NCBI GenBank assembly: GCA_963662335.2
Contig: CAXXVD010000005.1
Coordinates: forward strand, 192,001-256,000
Direction of reading: 5' to 3'
From: Chloroflexota bacterium
GTDB taxonomy: Bacteria; Chloroflexota; UBA11872; VXOZ01
Length of the DNA: 64,000 bases
Numbering within the stretch: the stretch's first letter is position 1; each line of letters opens with the position of its first letter. The notes beneath the pieces were generated by a model. The model worked only from the letters and a program-made list of their open reading frames with translations. It did no database searches and was not told the origin of the DNA. Position numbers and translations under genes: made by a program. Below are positions 36,900 to 45,515 of this stretch, one piece after another.

Positions 36900-37697
36900 C
36901 TACGGCGCCGGTTCGCCAATCAACGGGTGTATGCGGTGGCGCGGCACTTTGGTCGCCGGCCGCCGCAGGTAGTCCGGTTCAACAGTCAATGGGTCTACCG
37001 TCCCGCCCTTGGCAAGATAGTCAGCGCCCAGCGCCGCCACCGACGCGGCGCGGCGCACGCTGGCGAGACTGGATGGAAAGACCGTCAGCTTCTTCTCCAC
37101 GCGCGCTTCGATCTCTTGCCGGTGCGCCGGCGAGATTTCACCGCAAATGATCGTCCGCTTCACGATCTTCGCGCAGATCTCCGGCACGCCCAGAATCGCG
37201 AAGTCCTCCAGACGGCGCGCTTTCCTGGCAACGGAACGATACCAGCCCACGTAGAGTTCATCGCGTCCGGCCTCCAGCACGGCGCACACGTGGGCGTTCG
37301 ACGCTTGCAGGTGGGGGTAGGAAATGGCGTCCAGCGTGGGAACGGTGACAAGCGGCACGCCCAACGTGAGGCAGAATCCCTTGGCGGTCGCCATGCCCAC
37401 GCGCAGGCCGGAGAACGAGCCCGGCCCGGACACGACGGCCACGGCGCTAATGGGAATCTGACTCCGGCCCGCCGCCACGTACCCTTCCCGGGGCGCGGCC
37501 GCCTCCGCGCCGGCCGGCGCGGCGGATTGCGGGACGTCCCCGCTTGCGGCAATCATCGTCCAGAGGCGCTGGATGGTCTCCATGAGTTGCTCGGTGGCAT
37601 GGTAGCCCGCCACCCAGTTGATTTCCCCTACGATGCGGTCGTTCGCGTAGAACGCCACACCGAGTTGCCGCGTAGACGTGTCAATCGCCAAGAGCAT
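36900..37697 (-). CDS. tsaB: tRNA threonylcarbamoyladenosine biosynthesis protein TsaB
   Basis: LLAIDTST, GPGSFSGLRVG...KG, PDYLR. Confidence 0.93.
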   Translation of the reverse strand: MLLAIDTSTRQLGVAFYANDRIVGEINWVAGYHATEQLMETIQRLWTMIAASGDVPQSAAPAGAEAAAPREGYVAAGRSQIPISAVAVVSGPGSFSGLRVGMATAKGFCLTLGVPLVTVPTLDAISYPHLQASNAHVCAVLEAGRDELYVGWYRSVARKARRLEDFAILGVPEICAKIVKRTIICGEISPAHRQEIEARVEKKLTVFPSSLASVRRAASVAALGADYLAKGGTVDPLTVEPDYLRRPATKVPRHRIHPLIGEPAP

Positions 37698-37721
37698 TGG
37701 TAGCTTGCAAACCTCAACGTT

Positions 37722-38222
37722 CTAGAAGCCGAACGCGTGCCGGCGGTATTCGTGGAGGATCTTTTGAAAGCGCTCGCCTTCCGACTCGAAGTGAAGAACG
37801 CGTTTCGTATCCGTCATAATCTCGATGCTAATCATGAGCCACGTTTCCGGCAGGAAGTCGCGCACCTTGCGCGCCCACTCGATGACACAGACGCCGTCGC
37901 CCTCCAGGTACTCCTCCAGCCCGAGGTTCCACAGGGAGTCGCTCGAGCTAATGCGGTAGAGATCGACGTGGTAGAGCGGTATCTTGCCGGAACGGTACTC
38001 TTTGATGAGCGTGTAGGAGGGGCTGGTTACCTGTTCCTCTACTTCCAGGCCCAGCGCCACCCCTTGCGCGAAAACGGTCTTTCCCGCTCCCATAGTGCCT
38101 TCCAGCAACACCACGCTGCCCGGCGCGACCAGGGTGCCCAGCCGCAGACCCAGGCGCTGGGTCTGGGTCTCGCTGTGGCTGATGCACTCGAGCTTCTGTT
38201 CCACGTCTTTGCTGGTTGACAC
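37722..38222 (-). CDS. tsaE: tRNA threonylcarbamoyladenosine biosynthesis ATPase TsaE
   Basis: GTMGAGKT P-loop, VTSPSYTL, HVDLYR, IEW. Confidence 0.95.
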   Translation of the reverse strand: MSTSKDVEQKLECISHSETQTQRLGLRLGTLVAPGSVVLLEGTMGAGKTVFAQGVALGLEVEEQVTSPSYTLIKEYRSGKIPLYHVDLYRISSSDSLWNLGLEEYLEGDGVCVIEWARKVRDFLPETWLMISIEIMTDTKRVLHFESEGERFQKILHEYRRHAFGF

Positions 38223-38234
38223 GGGCGTATCCTC

Positions 38235-39281
38235 TCAATCGCCGGCATGCGGGCGCGCCGCCGCGGCGCCAAAGTGATCGTAGCCCTCGTGCGGAACCGC
38301 CACGGCGGCTCCACGTTCGTCGCGCACGGTTAGGGTCCCGGCCTGGCCCGCTATAATTGTACCAATAACCGTACTCCCTATCAGTCCCGCGTTCGCCAGG
38401 GTCTGTTGCGCCCGCTTCATTACGTCCGGCGGCGCGGTGAAGAGTAATTCGAAGTCCTCGCCGCCGGTGAGCGCCTGCGCGCGATACCCGCCGCCTAGCA
38501 CAGCCGGGAGCGCCGCATCGGTGGGAACGTCCGCCAGGCGGATTTCCGCCGCCACGCCGCTCGCCGCGCAGAGCCTGCGCAGGTCGGCCGCGAGGCCGTC
38601 GCTTACGTCCATGCCGCAGCGCACGCCGGCGGCAACGAGCGCCTGGCCTTCGCGCAAGCGCGGCACGGGCCGCCGCTGGGCGGCTATGAAGCGCGCCGCG
38701 TGCGGTTCCCGCGCAATCTCGCCCCGTTCCAGCAGCGCCAAGCCGGCCGCCGCGCTCCCCAGCGCTCCCGTCACCGCTACCTGATCGCCGACGCGCGCCG
38801 ACGCGCGCCGCAGCACCCGCTCGTCGCTCTCAACCTCTCCAATCACCGTCAAGCTTGCCATCACGTGTGCGCTTGCCGAAAGGTCGCCGCCGATAATGGG
38901 AGCGCTCGCCGCCTCCGCCAACGTGGACATACCCCGGTAGAACGCCGTCACGTCCGCCGCCTGGCACGCAGGAGGCAGACAGAGCGTGACCAGTACTCCC
39001 CGCGCCAGCCCGCCCATCGCCGCGACGTCGCTCAAGTTCACGGCGAGAGCCTTCCAGCCAATGTCCTCCCAACCGAACGTGCGCAACCGAAAGTCTACGT
39101 CCTCCACGAGGGCGTCGGTAGTGGCGATCAACCCGCCGGTACTGCGCCGCGACTTTGGCGGCAGCGTCCACAACGCCGCATCGTCTTGAAAGTCCAACGC
39201 CATATCCGCTGACGTATAGACGCTCCGCGCGATTTCCTCGATGAGTCCGAACTCACCAATTTCTGCGAGCTTTACGGCCAT
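38235..39281 (-). CDS. thiL: Thiamine-phosphate kinase
   Basis: GEFGLI, DDAA, TDALVEDVDF, KALAVNLSDVAAMG, GGD, DVSDGL, GGEDFELLF. Confidence 0.95.
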   Translation of the reverse strand: MAVKLAEIGEFGLIEEIARSVYTSADMALDFQDDAALWTLPPKSRRSTGGLIATTDALVEDVDFRLRTFGWEDIGWKALAVNLSDVAAMGGLARGVLVTLCLPPACQAADVTAFYRGMSTLAEAASAPIIGGDLSASAHVMASLTVIGEVESDERVLRRASARVGDQVAVTGALGSAAAGLALLERGEIAREPHAARFIAAQRRPVPRLREGQALVAAGVRCGMDVSDGLAADLRRLCAASGVAAEIRLADVPTDAALPAVLGGGYRAQALTGGEDFELLFTAPPDVMKRAQQTLANAGLIGSTVIGTIIAGQAGTLTVRDERGAAVAVPHEGYDHFGAAAARPHAGD

Positions 39282-39566
39282 TCTCCCTCCGCGACGTACA
39301 CGCAACCGCGTTCAGAATAACAGGCGTATCGCACACGGGCAACTAACCTCTGCCGGATCGGTTGATAGCGCCCGCACTTGCCGCAACCTCCTCTTGCTCG
39401 CGGCGCAGTTTCACCGACGGGTTGCGCCTCTCCACCGCGGCGCGGGCCGCTCAGAATCACCGCCTGTCCAGGCTATGCTACCATGCTCACAGTTTCGCAT
39501 TGCGCGCCGCAGCGCCGCCGCGCCGCCAATCACCCGCGCCAGCAGAGCAGAGAAGGGAAAGCGCCG

Positions 39567-40676
39567 ATGCCGCCTTCTTCACCGCAGCCTGAATCACTGA
39601 AGAACCGCTTGCGGGCGGAAATTGCCGATCTTGCCGCCTTGCACGGCCCCTCGGGACGGGAACAAGCGGTTGTCGCGGCCTTGGCGGAGCGCGTGCGTCC
39701 ACTCGCCCAAGCGTTGCGGGTGGACCGGATGGGCAATCTGCTTGCCGACTGCGGCGGGCCGCCGGACGCGCCGTTAGTCCTGTTGGACGCGCACGTCGAT
39801 GAGATCGGCTGCCTCGTGCGCAGCATCGAGCCGGACGGCTTCCTGCGCCTCTTCAAAGTGGGCGGCATTCTGGACGGCCTGCTCGTGGGACGCAAAGTCT
39901 GCGTCAACGGCCGGCGCGGCGTGATCGGCGTCAAAGCCGGGCACCTGCAGTCGGCGGAGGAGCAGCGCAGCGTGGTTCCCGTCCGCGACCTCTACGTCGA
40001 CCTGGGGTTCTCTTCCAATGCCGAGGTGCGGCAGGCAGGCATCGCGGTGGGCGCTCCGGTGACGTACGTGAGCGAAGTGGAACCGCTGGCAAATCCCGAT
40101 CGCCTCTGCGGCAAGGCGATCGACAACCGCGTGGGCTGCGCCGTGCTGCTCGCCGCGCTGCGGCAACTTGCGGCTTCACCGCCGCCGGTGCGGCTGGCGG
40201 CGCAGTTTACGGTGCAGGAGGAGACCGGGCTGCACGGCGCGGGCCCGGCCGCGTTCAACTTCGCGCCGCACGTGGCAATCGCCATCGATACCGTGCCCTG
40301 CGGCGATACGCCGGAGATGAAATTCCACAGCGAACTGCCCGTGGCTCTGGGACGCGGGCCGGTGCTGCAGGCGGCCAGCAGCAGTTCCTACGGCGGCATG
40401 ATCACGCCTGAGTCCGTGCTGGCGTTCGCGGTGCGCGTCGCCGATGAACACGGCATTCCCCATCAGGAGGCGATCCTGGAAGGCGGCAGCACCAACGCCA
40501 CGGCCATCCACTACTCCCGCACGGGCATACCGGCAATCGCCGTCACCATTCCCCGCCGCTACTCACATTCCCCTATAGAGGTCGTCGATCTGAATGACGT
40601 CGCAGCCACGCTGCAACTGGTGGTGGCAATGACACAACAAGCGCGGGAGGAAAGTTTCGCATTCCTGCCGGACTGA
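39567..40676 (+). CDS. M42 family metallopeptidase
   Basis: GPSGRE, DAHVDEIG, KAIDNRVG, VQEETGL, AID, PRRYSHSP. Confidence 0.9.
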   Translation: MPPSSPQPESLKNRLRAEIADLAALHGPSGREQAVVAALAERVRPLAQALRVDRMGNLLADCGGPPDAPLVLLDAHVDEIGCLVRSIEPDGFLRLFKVGGILDGLLVGRKVCVNGRRGVIGVKAGHLQSAEEQRSVVPVRDLYVDLGFSSNAEVRQAGIAVGAPVTYVSEVEPLANPDRLCGKAIDNRVGCAVLLAALRQLAASPPPVRLAAQFTVQEETGLHGAGPAAFNFAPHVAIAIDTVPCGDTPEMKFHSELPVALGRGPVLQAASSSSYGGMITPESVLAFAVRVADEHGIPHQEAILEGGSTNATAIHYSRTGIPAIAVTIPRRYSHSPIEVVDLNDVAATLQLVVAMTQQAREESFAFLPD

Positions 40677-40709
40677 CCCGACAAGGACCAAGCTCTGCGG
40701 ACCTTCAAC

Positions 40710-40733
40710 GTCATTCCGAGCGCAGCGAGGAAT
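40710..40733 (+). repeat. GTCA-type REP (family C)
   Basis: GTCATTCCGAGCGCAGCGAGGAAT. Confidence 0.65.
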
Positions 40734-40861
40734 ATAATGACGCGCGTACTGCGTTCGGCATCACCTTGCTCCTGCGAGAATGAGGGGCAAGGAGTCTCGT
40801 TCTCCTGGCGTGTTGGCCCTATGCCTCAAGTATCGATAGCGCCCGTGTCCGTGCCATGGGA

Positions 40862-41662
40862 TCAATCGCCGCTGGCAGCAACGCCGCGCCAGAAGTGATT
40901 GACGGGGCTGTGCCCGTCCCCAACGGCATAGGAATGGCGCAGCGCGCCGGTGAGGTAGTCTTTGGCCTGCCCCACCGCCTCGGGCAGCGCCAGGCCCCGC
41001 GCCAGATAGGCGGCTATGGCGGCGGCCAGCGTGCAGCCGGTGCCGTGGTCGTTCCGCGTGGGCACCCGTTCGCGCGCGAACGTATGGAAGTCCGCGCCGT
41101 CGTAGAGCACGTCGCGGGCCGCGCCCGCGGCGTGGCCGCCCTTGATGAGCGCCGCGCGGCAGCCAAAGCCCACGATGTCCTGCGCCGCCTGGCGCATCGC
41201 GGTCTCCCCCTGCACCCGCCTGTCCAGTAGCCGCTCGACTTCCGGCAAGTTGGGCGTGACCACGGTGGCAAGGGGAATAAGAGTCTCCCGGTAAGCCGCC
41301 ACCGCGGTCTCGTCCACCAACGGATCGCCGCTCTTCGCGGCCAGCACCGGATCCACTACGAGCGACCGGGGCGCGTCGGCGCGCAATCGGCCGGCGACCG
41401 CCGCGATGATCTCGGCGTTAGCCAACATGCCGGTCTTGATCGCGTCCGCGCCGATGTCCGTAAGCACGGATTGAATCTGCGCCGTCACCAAGCGGGCCGG
41501 CAAGGCCAGCCAGTCCTGGACGCCCTGCGTATTCTGCGCCGTAACCGCCGTGACTACGGTACTGCCGTAGACGCCGAGCGCACAGAACGTCTTGAGGTCC
41601 GCTTGTAATCCCGCCCCGGCCCCGGAATCCGAGCCCGCAATCGTCAAGACTCGTCTCACCAT
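40862..41662 (-). CDS. thiD: Hydroxymethylpyrimidine/phosphomethylpyrimidine kinase
   Basis: LTIAGSDSGAGAGLQADLKT, KTGML, VDPV, TPNLPE, KGGH, HGTGCT. Confidence 0.95.
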   Translation of the reverse strand: MVRRVLTIAGSDSGAGAGLQADLKTFCALGVYGSTVVTAVTAQNTQGVQDWLALPARLVTAQIQSVLTDIGADAIKTGMLANAEIIAAVAGRLRADAPRSLVVDPVLAAKSGDPLVDETAVAAYRETLIPLATVVTPNLPEVERLLDRRVQGETAMRQAAQDIVGFGCRAALIKGGHAAGAARDVLYDGADFHTFARERVPTRNDHGTGCTLAAAIAAYLARGLALPEAVGQAKDYLTGALRHSYAVGDGHSPVNHFWRGVAASGD

Positions 41663-41729
41663 TGCTCTCTCCGCGCCATAGCGCAATCATGCGCAACGAC
41701 CGTACCTGCCGCGCCCGGCACCGGCGCGT

Positions 41730-42047
41730 CTACCCCGCCTCCTCGCGAAACTTCTCGATGCGGGAGAGTTGGCACGCCAGCCACACGTCCTTGGGCATGA
41801 TGGGTTGCCCGTATGCCGTGATCACAGTCTCACCGGAGTCTTCCAGGCGGTCGAGGAGACTGGTGTACTGCGACTCAAGGTAGGAAATCGTGAGTTGCGT
41901 TCGCGGCAAGGTGGAGAGTCTCGCCTGCAAGAGCACGATATTGGACTCTACCACGTCAAACGGTTCGTAGACGCGGCCAAACGCTAGCGAAGGATCGTTG
42001 ATCAGCCGCTGCGTTGTCCGCCTGGGGGAAATGCCTGACACGTCCAT
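41730..42047 (-). CDS. Hypothetical protein (105 aa)
   Basis: Clean ORF with genome-like codon usage between thiD and dnaN; no recognised motif. Confidence 0.6.
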   Translation of the reverse strand: MDVSGISPRRTTQRLINDPSLAFGRVYEPFDVVESNIVLLQARLSTLPRTQLTISYLESQYTSLLDRLEDSGETVITAYGQPIMPKDVWLACQLSRIEKFREEAG

Positions 42048-42123
42048 ACTCTCGCATTCGGCAGTGCTATTCACGCCCGCTGCGCCCGCGCGCCGCGGCG
42101 TTGGCAACGCGCCACTCCGTTCG

Positions 42124-42152
42124 TTGACAGAGGCCTGTGCTCAGTATACTAT
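42124..42152 (+). promoter_or_regulatory. Putative sigma70 promoter of dnaN
   Basis: TTGACA-N17-TACTAT. Confidence 0.6.
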
Positions 42153-42237
42153 GGGTTTCACCTGCGGCCAAAGAGCCGATTGGCAGCAATTGCCGGCGGC
42201 GCGCAGGCTTTCTCACAGTGTTGCCGGAGCGTCTATC

Positions 42238-43365
42238 GTGCAAGTTTCGTGCCTACAGGAAAACCTCGCCAAGGGCCTCGCCGTCGTCGGCCGGGCCGTT
42301 GCCACGCGCAGCCCGCTGCCCGTGTTGAGCAACGTGCTGCTCGCCACCGACAACGGACGCCTGAAGCTTTCGGCCATGAACCAGGAGATTGGCATCGTCC
42401 ATTGGATTGGCTGCAAGGTCGAGGGCGAAGGCGAAGTGACCGTGCTGGCGCGGCTGCTGACCGAGTTCGTCGGCTCGCTTCCCAACGAGCGCGTAGACCT
42501 GCGCTTGGACGCCGCGGAACTCACGCTCCACCTCAACTGCGGGCGCTACCAGGCCAACGTCAAGGGCATCGCGGCCGAGGAATTTCCGCCCATTCCCCTG
42601 GGCGAAGGCGAGCCGACCCTCGTCATCGACGCCGACATCCTGCGCGAGAGCATCGAGCAGGTGGCCATGGCGGCGGCCAGCGACGATCCGCGCCAGTATC
42701 TCCAGGGCGTGGCGGTCATCATGGAGCCGGACAAAGTGGTGCTGGTGGCTTCCGACGGCTTCCGCATGGCGGTGCGCACCCTGACGGTGGAAACCGGCGT
42801 GGATGAAAAGACGGAGTTCATCGTGCCGGCCCGCGGCCTGACCGAGCTTTCGCGCATTTTGGCCGATGCCGAGCATCCGGTGGAAATCCGCCTGACCCAG
42901 AACCGCAACCAGGTCATATTCAGCGCGGGCGACATCCACCTGGTTTCGCGCCTCATCGAAGGCACGTTTCCCAATTACACGCAGATGATTCCGCCGGAGT
43001 CCCAGACGCAGATCAGAGTGCCCGCGGCCGAACTCTTGCAGTCCACGCGCATGGCCGCGTTCTTCGCCCGCGACGGCGCCAACGTAATCAAACTGGACGT
43101 CAAGCCCGGCGACGAGCAGGGCAACCTCACGATTTCGGCCACGGCCACCGAACTCGGCGACTACCGCTCCGACCTCGAGGCCCAAATAGACGGCGAAGAG
43201 ACGCTCATCGCCTTCAACGCCACCTACTTGAACGGCTGCGTTGCGGCCATCAATTCACCGGACGTGAAGATCGAACTCACCGGCTCGACCAGCCCGGGCG
43301 TGATTCGCCCCACCGACGACACCGACTACGTCCACGTGATCATGCCGATGCACACGGTACGCTAG
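42238..43365 (+). CDS. dnaN: DNA polymerase III beta sliding clamp
   Basis: GTG start, QENLAKGL...RSPLPVLSNVL, ASDGFRM, SRLIEGTFPNY, IAFNATYL, VIMPM. Confidence 0.96.
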   Translation: MQVSCLQENLAKGLAVVGRAVATRSPLPVLSNVLLATDNGRLKLSAMNQEIGIVHWIGCKVEGEGEVTVLARLLTEFVGSLPNERVDLRLDAAELTLHLNCGRYQANVKGIAAEEFPPIPLGEGEPTLVIDADILRESIEQVAMAAASDDPRQYLQGVAVIMEPDKVVLVASDGFRMAVRTLTVETGVDEKTEFIVPARGLTELSRILADAEHPVEIRLTQNRNQVIFSAGDIHLVSRLIEGTFPNYTQMIPPESQTQIRVPAAELLQSTRMAAFFARDGANVIKLDVKPGDEQGNLTISATATELGDYRSDLEAQIDGEETLIAFNATYLNGCVAAINSPDVKIELTGSTSPGVIRPTDDTDYVHVIMPMHTVR

Positions 43366-43373
43366 GCGCGGGC

Positions 43374-44303
43374 ATGAAAGTAGACCCCCAAACGCTGGCG
43401 GCGCCGGACTCCCTGCCGGCGCCGGAACGCGGCAACGTCATCCGCGCCGCGGTTTGCCAGTACGCGCCCGTATTGGGAGACTTTGCCGCCAACGTGGAGA
43501 AGAGCGCGTCGGCGATCCGCCAGGCGGCCGCGGGCGGCGCGGACCTCATCGTCCTGCCGGAGATGGCAAACAGCGGCTACGTGGTGCATTCCGGCGCCGA
43601 GGCGCGGGCGCTGGCGGAATACCCGGACGAGAGCCCGGCCGTAGCGCGCTGGCTGCAACTCGCCCAGGAGCACGAAACCTACATCGTGGCCGGCTTTGGC
43701 GAGAAGGTCAGCGACACGGCGCTCTACAACGCCGCGCTCGTCATCGGCCCGCGCGGCATCATCGGCACGTACCGCAAGACGCACCTCTTCTTCGAGGAGA
43801 AACTCTACTACCGGCCGGGCGACCTGGGCTTGCCGGTATTCGACCTGCCCTTTGGCCGCGTCGGCGTGCTGATTTGCTACGACCTGCGCTTTCCCGAGGC
43901 CAGCCGCATCCTGGCGCTGAAGGGGGCCGACGTCATTTGCGTGCCCACCAACTGGGTAAGCATGATGACGCCGGATAGACTCTATGACGCCCAGGGCTAC
44001 TGCCAGGCAAACTACGTGGCAATGGCGAACGCCGCTATGAACCAGGTCTTCATGGCCTGCGCCGACCGCACGGGCGCGGAGCGCGGCATCCAGTTCCTGG
44101 GATGCAGCGTCATCTTTGCTCCCGGCGGAGAGACGCTGGCCGGGCCGGCGAGCGGTGACGGCGACGAGGTGCTGGTGGCGGAGATGAACCTGTCTACGGC
44201 GCGCCGCGCCAAGCAGCGCAACGACCTCAACCACACCTGGCTCGACCGGCGGACGGACCTCTACGGTCCCATGCTGGGCCACGAAAGCGACCCACCCCGG
44301 TAG
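43374..44303 (+). CDS. Carbon-nitrogen hydrolase (nitrilase family amidase)
   Basis: E-K-C triad in LPEMA, YRKTHL and ICYDLRFPE. Confidence 0.9.
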   Translation: MKVDPQTLAAPDSLPAPERGNVIRAAVCQYAPVLGDFAANVEKSASAIRQAAAGGADLIVLPEMANSGYVVHSGAEARALAEYPDESPAVARWLQLAQEHETYIVAGFGEKVSDTALYNAALVIGPRGIIGTYRKTHLFFEEKLYYRPGDLGLPVFDLPFGRVGVLICYDLRFPEASRILALKGADVICVPTNWVSMMTPDRLYDAQGYCQANYVAMANAAMNQVFMACADRTGAERGIQFLGCSVIFAPGGETLAGPASGDGDEVLVAEMNLSTARRAKQRNDLNHTWLDRRTDLYGPMLGHESDPPR

Positions 44304-44484
44304 CGCGGGGGCTTGTCCCCCGCCTCCTAGCCTGTGCGTACTGTGGGAACCTGCCCCGCCTCTTGGCCTGTGACGCACCGTGCGCTCTTGTCCCCCGCCT
44401 CTTGGCTCGTTACCTACCGTGCGACCCAATCCCCCGCCTCTTGGCTTGCGGACGTAGCGCGGGGGCTTGTCCCCCGCTCTTTGG
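44300..44484 (+). repeat. Five-unit degenerate REP tandem array (~38-bp period)
   Basis: Intact GTAGCGCGGGGGCTTGTCCCCCGC at 44300 and 44454. The three internal units keep only CCCCGCCTCTTGGC. Confidence 0.8.
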
Positions 44485-44604
44485 CGCACAACGTCCCGAC
44501 CCATCTCCGGCAACGCACATCGAGCCCTGGGCATTCGTCCTGTCGCCGCAGAGACGTGTATACTCGCTCTATATCAACCCCATCGAGAAGCGAGGCACAG
44601 ACCC

Positions 44605-45504
44605 ATGAAACTCACCGCCGATACCCTGCGCGGCGTCAACGTCGCCATCGTCACGCCGTTCCTGGACAATCACGACGTAGACCTGGCCGGGGCCAAGCAA
44701 CTCACGCGCTTTCTCATCGACGCCGGCGTGCACGGCATCATGACCACCGGCGGCAACGGCGAGTTCCCGCACATGCTGCCTGACGAAAAGAAGGCCGTAA
44801 CCGCCGCGATCGTGGAAGAAGCGGCCGGGGAGATTCCCATCATTGCGGGCACCGCGGCCGCCGGCACGCGGGAGGCGGTGCTGCTCGGCCAGGACGCGCT
44901 TGAAGTCGGCGCGGACGGCCTCATCGTCACCGCGCCGCACTACTTCCAGGTCTCGGAAGACGCGCTCTTTGTCCACTATGAGGCCATCGCCACCGCGGTG
45001 GACCTGCCCCTGGTGCTCTACAATAACCCGCTCTACACCGGCAACGAGATTACGCCGGCGCTCATCGACCGCCTAGCGGCAGTGCCCAACGTGATTGGGC
45101 TGAAGCAGAGCAACGCCGACTTTGGCGTGCTGATGGAGAACATCCGCATGAACGGCGACAAGATTGCCGTTCTCACCGGCATCGACAGCCAGTTCTACGC
45201 CGCGCTCGCCTCCGGCGCGACCGGCATCTTTTCCACCGCCGCCTGCGTGATTCCACGAGAGATGGTGGCGATCTACGACCTGGCGCGGGCCGGCTCATTT
45301 GAAGAAGCGCGCCAACTGCAACTGAACCTGCAGCCGCTCAATCGCTATCTGGAGTACGACCCCGGCTACGTGGGACCGTGCAAAGCCGCCCTGCGCATGT
45401 TGGGTCTGCCCGCCGGACCGGTGCGCGGCCCGTTGCCGGAAGTCACGCCCGACGAGGAAGCCGGCGTGCGCGCGGCGCTTATCGAAATGGGGCTGCTCAA
45501 CTAG
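44605..45504 (+). CDS. DapA/NanA-family aldolase (dihydrodipicolinate synthase-like)
   Basis: VTPF, GGNGE, LYNNP and the Schiff-base lysine in GLKQS. Confidence 0.85.
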   Translation: MKLTADTLRGVNVAIVTPFLDNHDVDLAGAKQLTRFLIDAGVHGIMTTGGNGEFPHMLPDEKKAVTAAIVEEAAGEIPIIAGTAAAGTREAVLLGQDALEVGADGLIVTAPHYFQVSEDALFVHYEAIATAVDLPLVLYNNPLYTGNEITPALIDRLAAVPNVIGLKQSNADFGVLMENIRMNGDKIAVLTGIDSQFYAALASGATGIFSTAACVIPREMVAIYDLARAGSFEEARQLQLNLQPLNRYLEYDPGYVGPCKAALRMLGLPAGPVRGPLPEVTPDEEAGVRAALIEMGLLN

Positions 45505-45515
45505 CAAACACCCGT

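Noticed and set aside
42048-42237. oriC near dnaN
   Set aside because: No TTATCCACA-like box cluster, no AT-rich unwinding element and no dnaA.
44300-44484. CRISPR array
   Set aside because: The period is only ~38 bp, the constant part is ~14 bp, the variable parts are homologous to each other and to a dispersed REP, and there are no cas genes.
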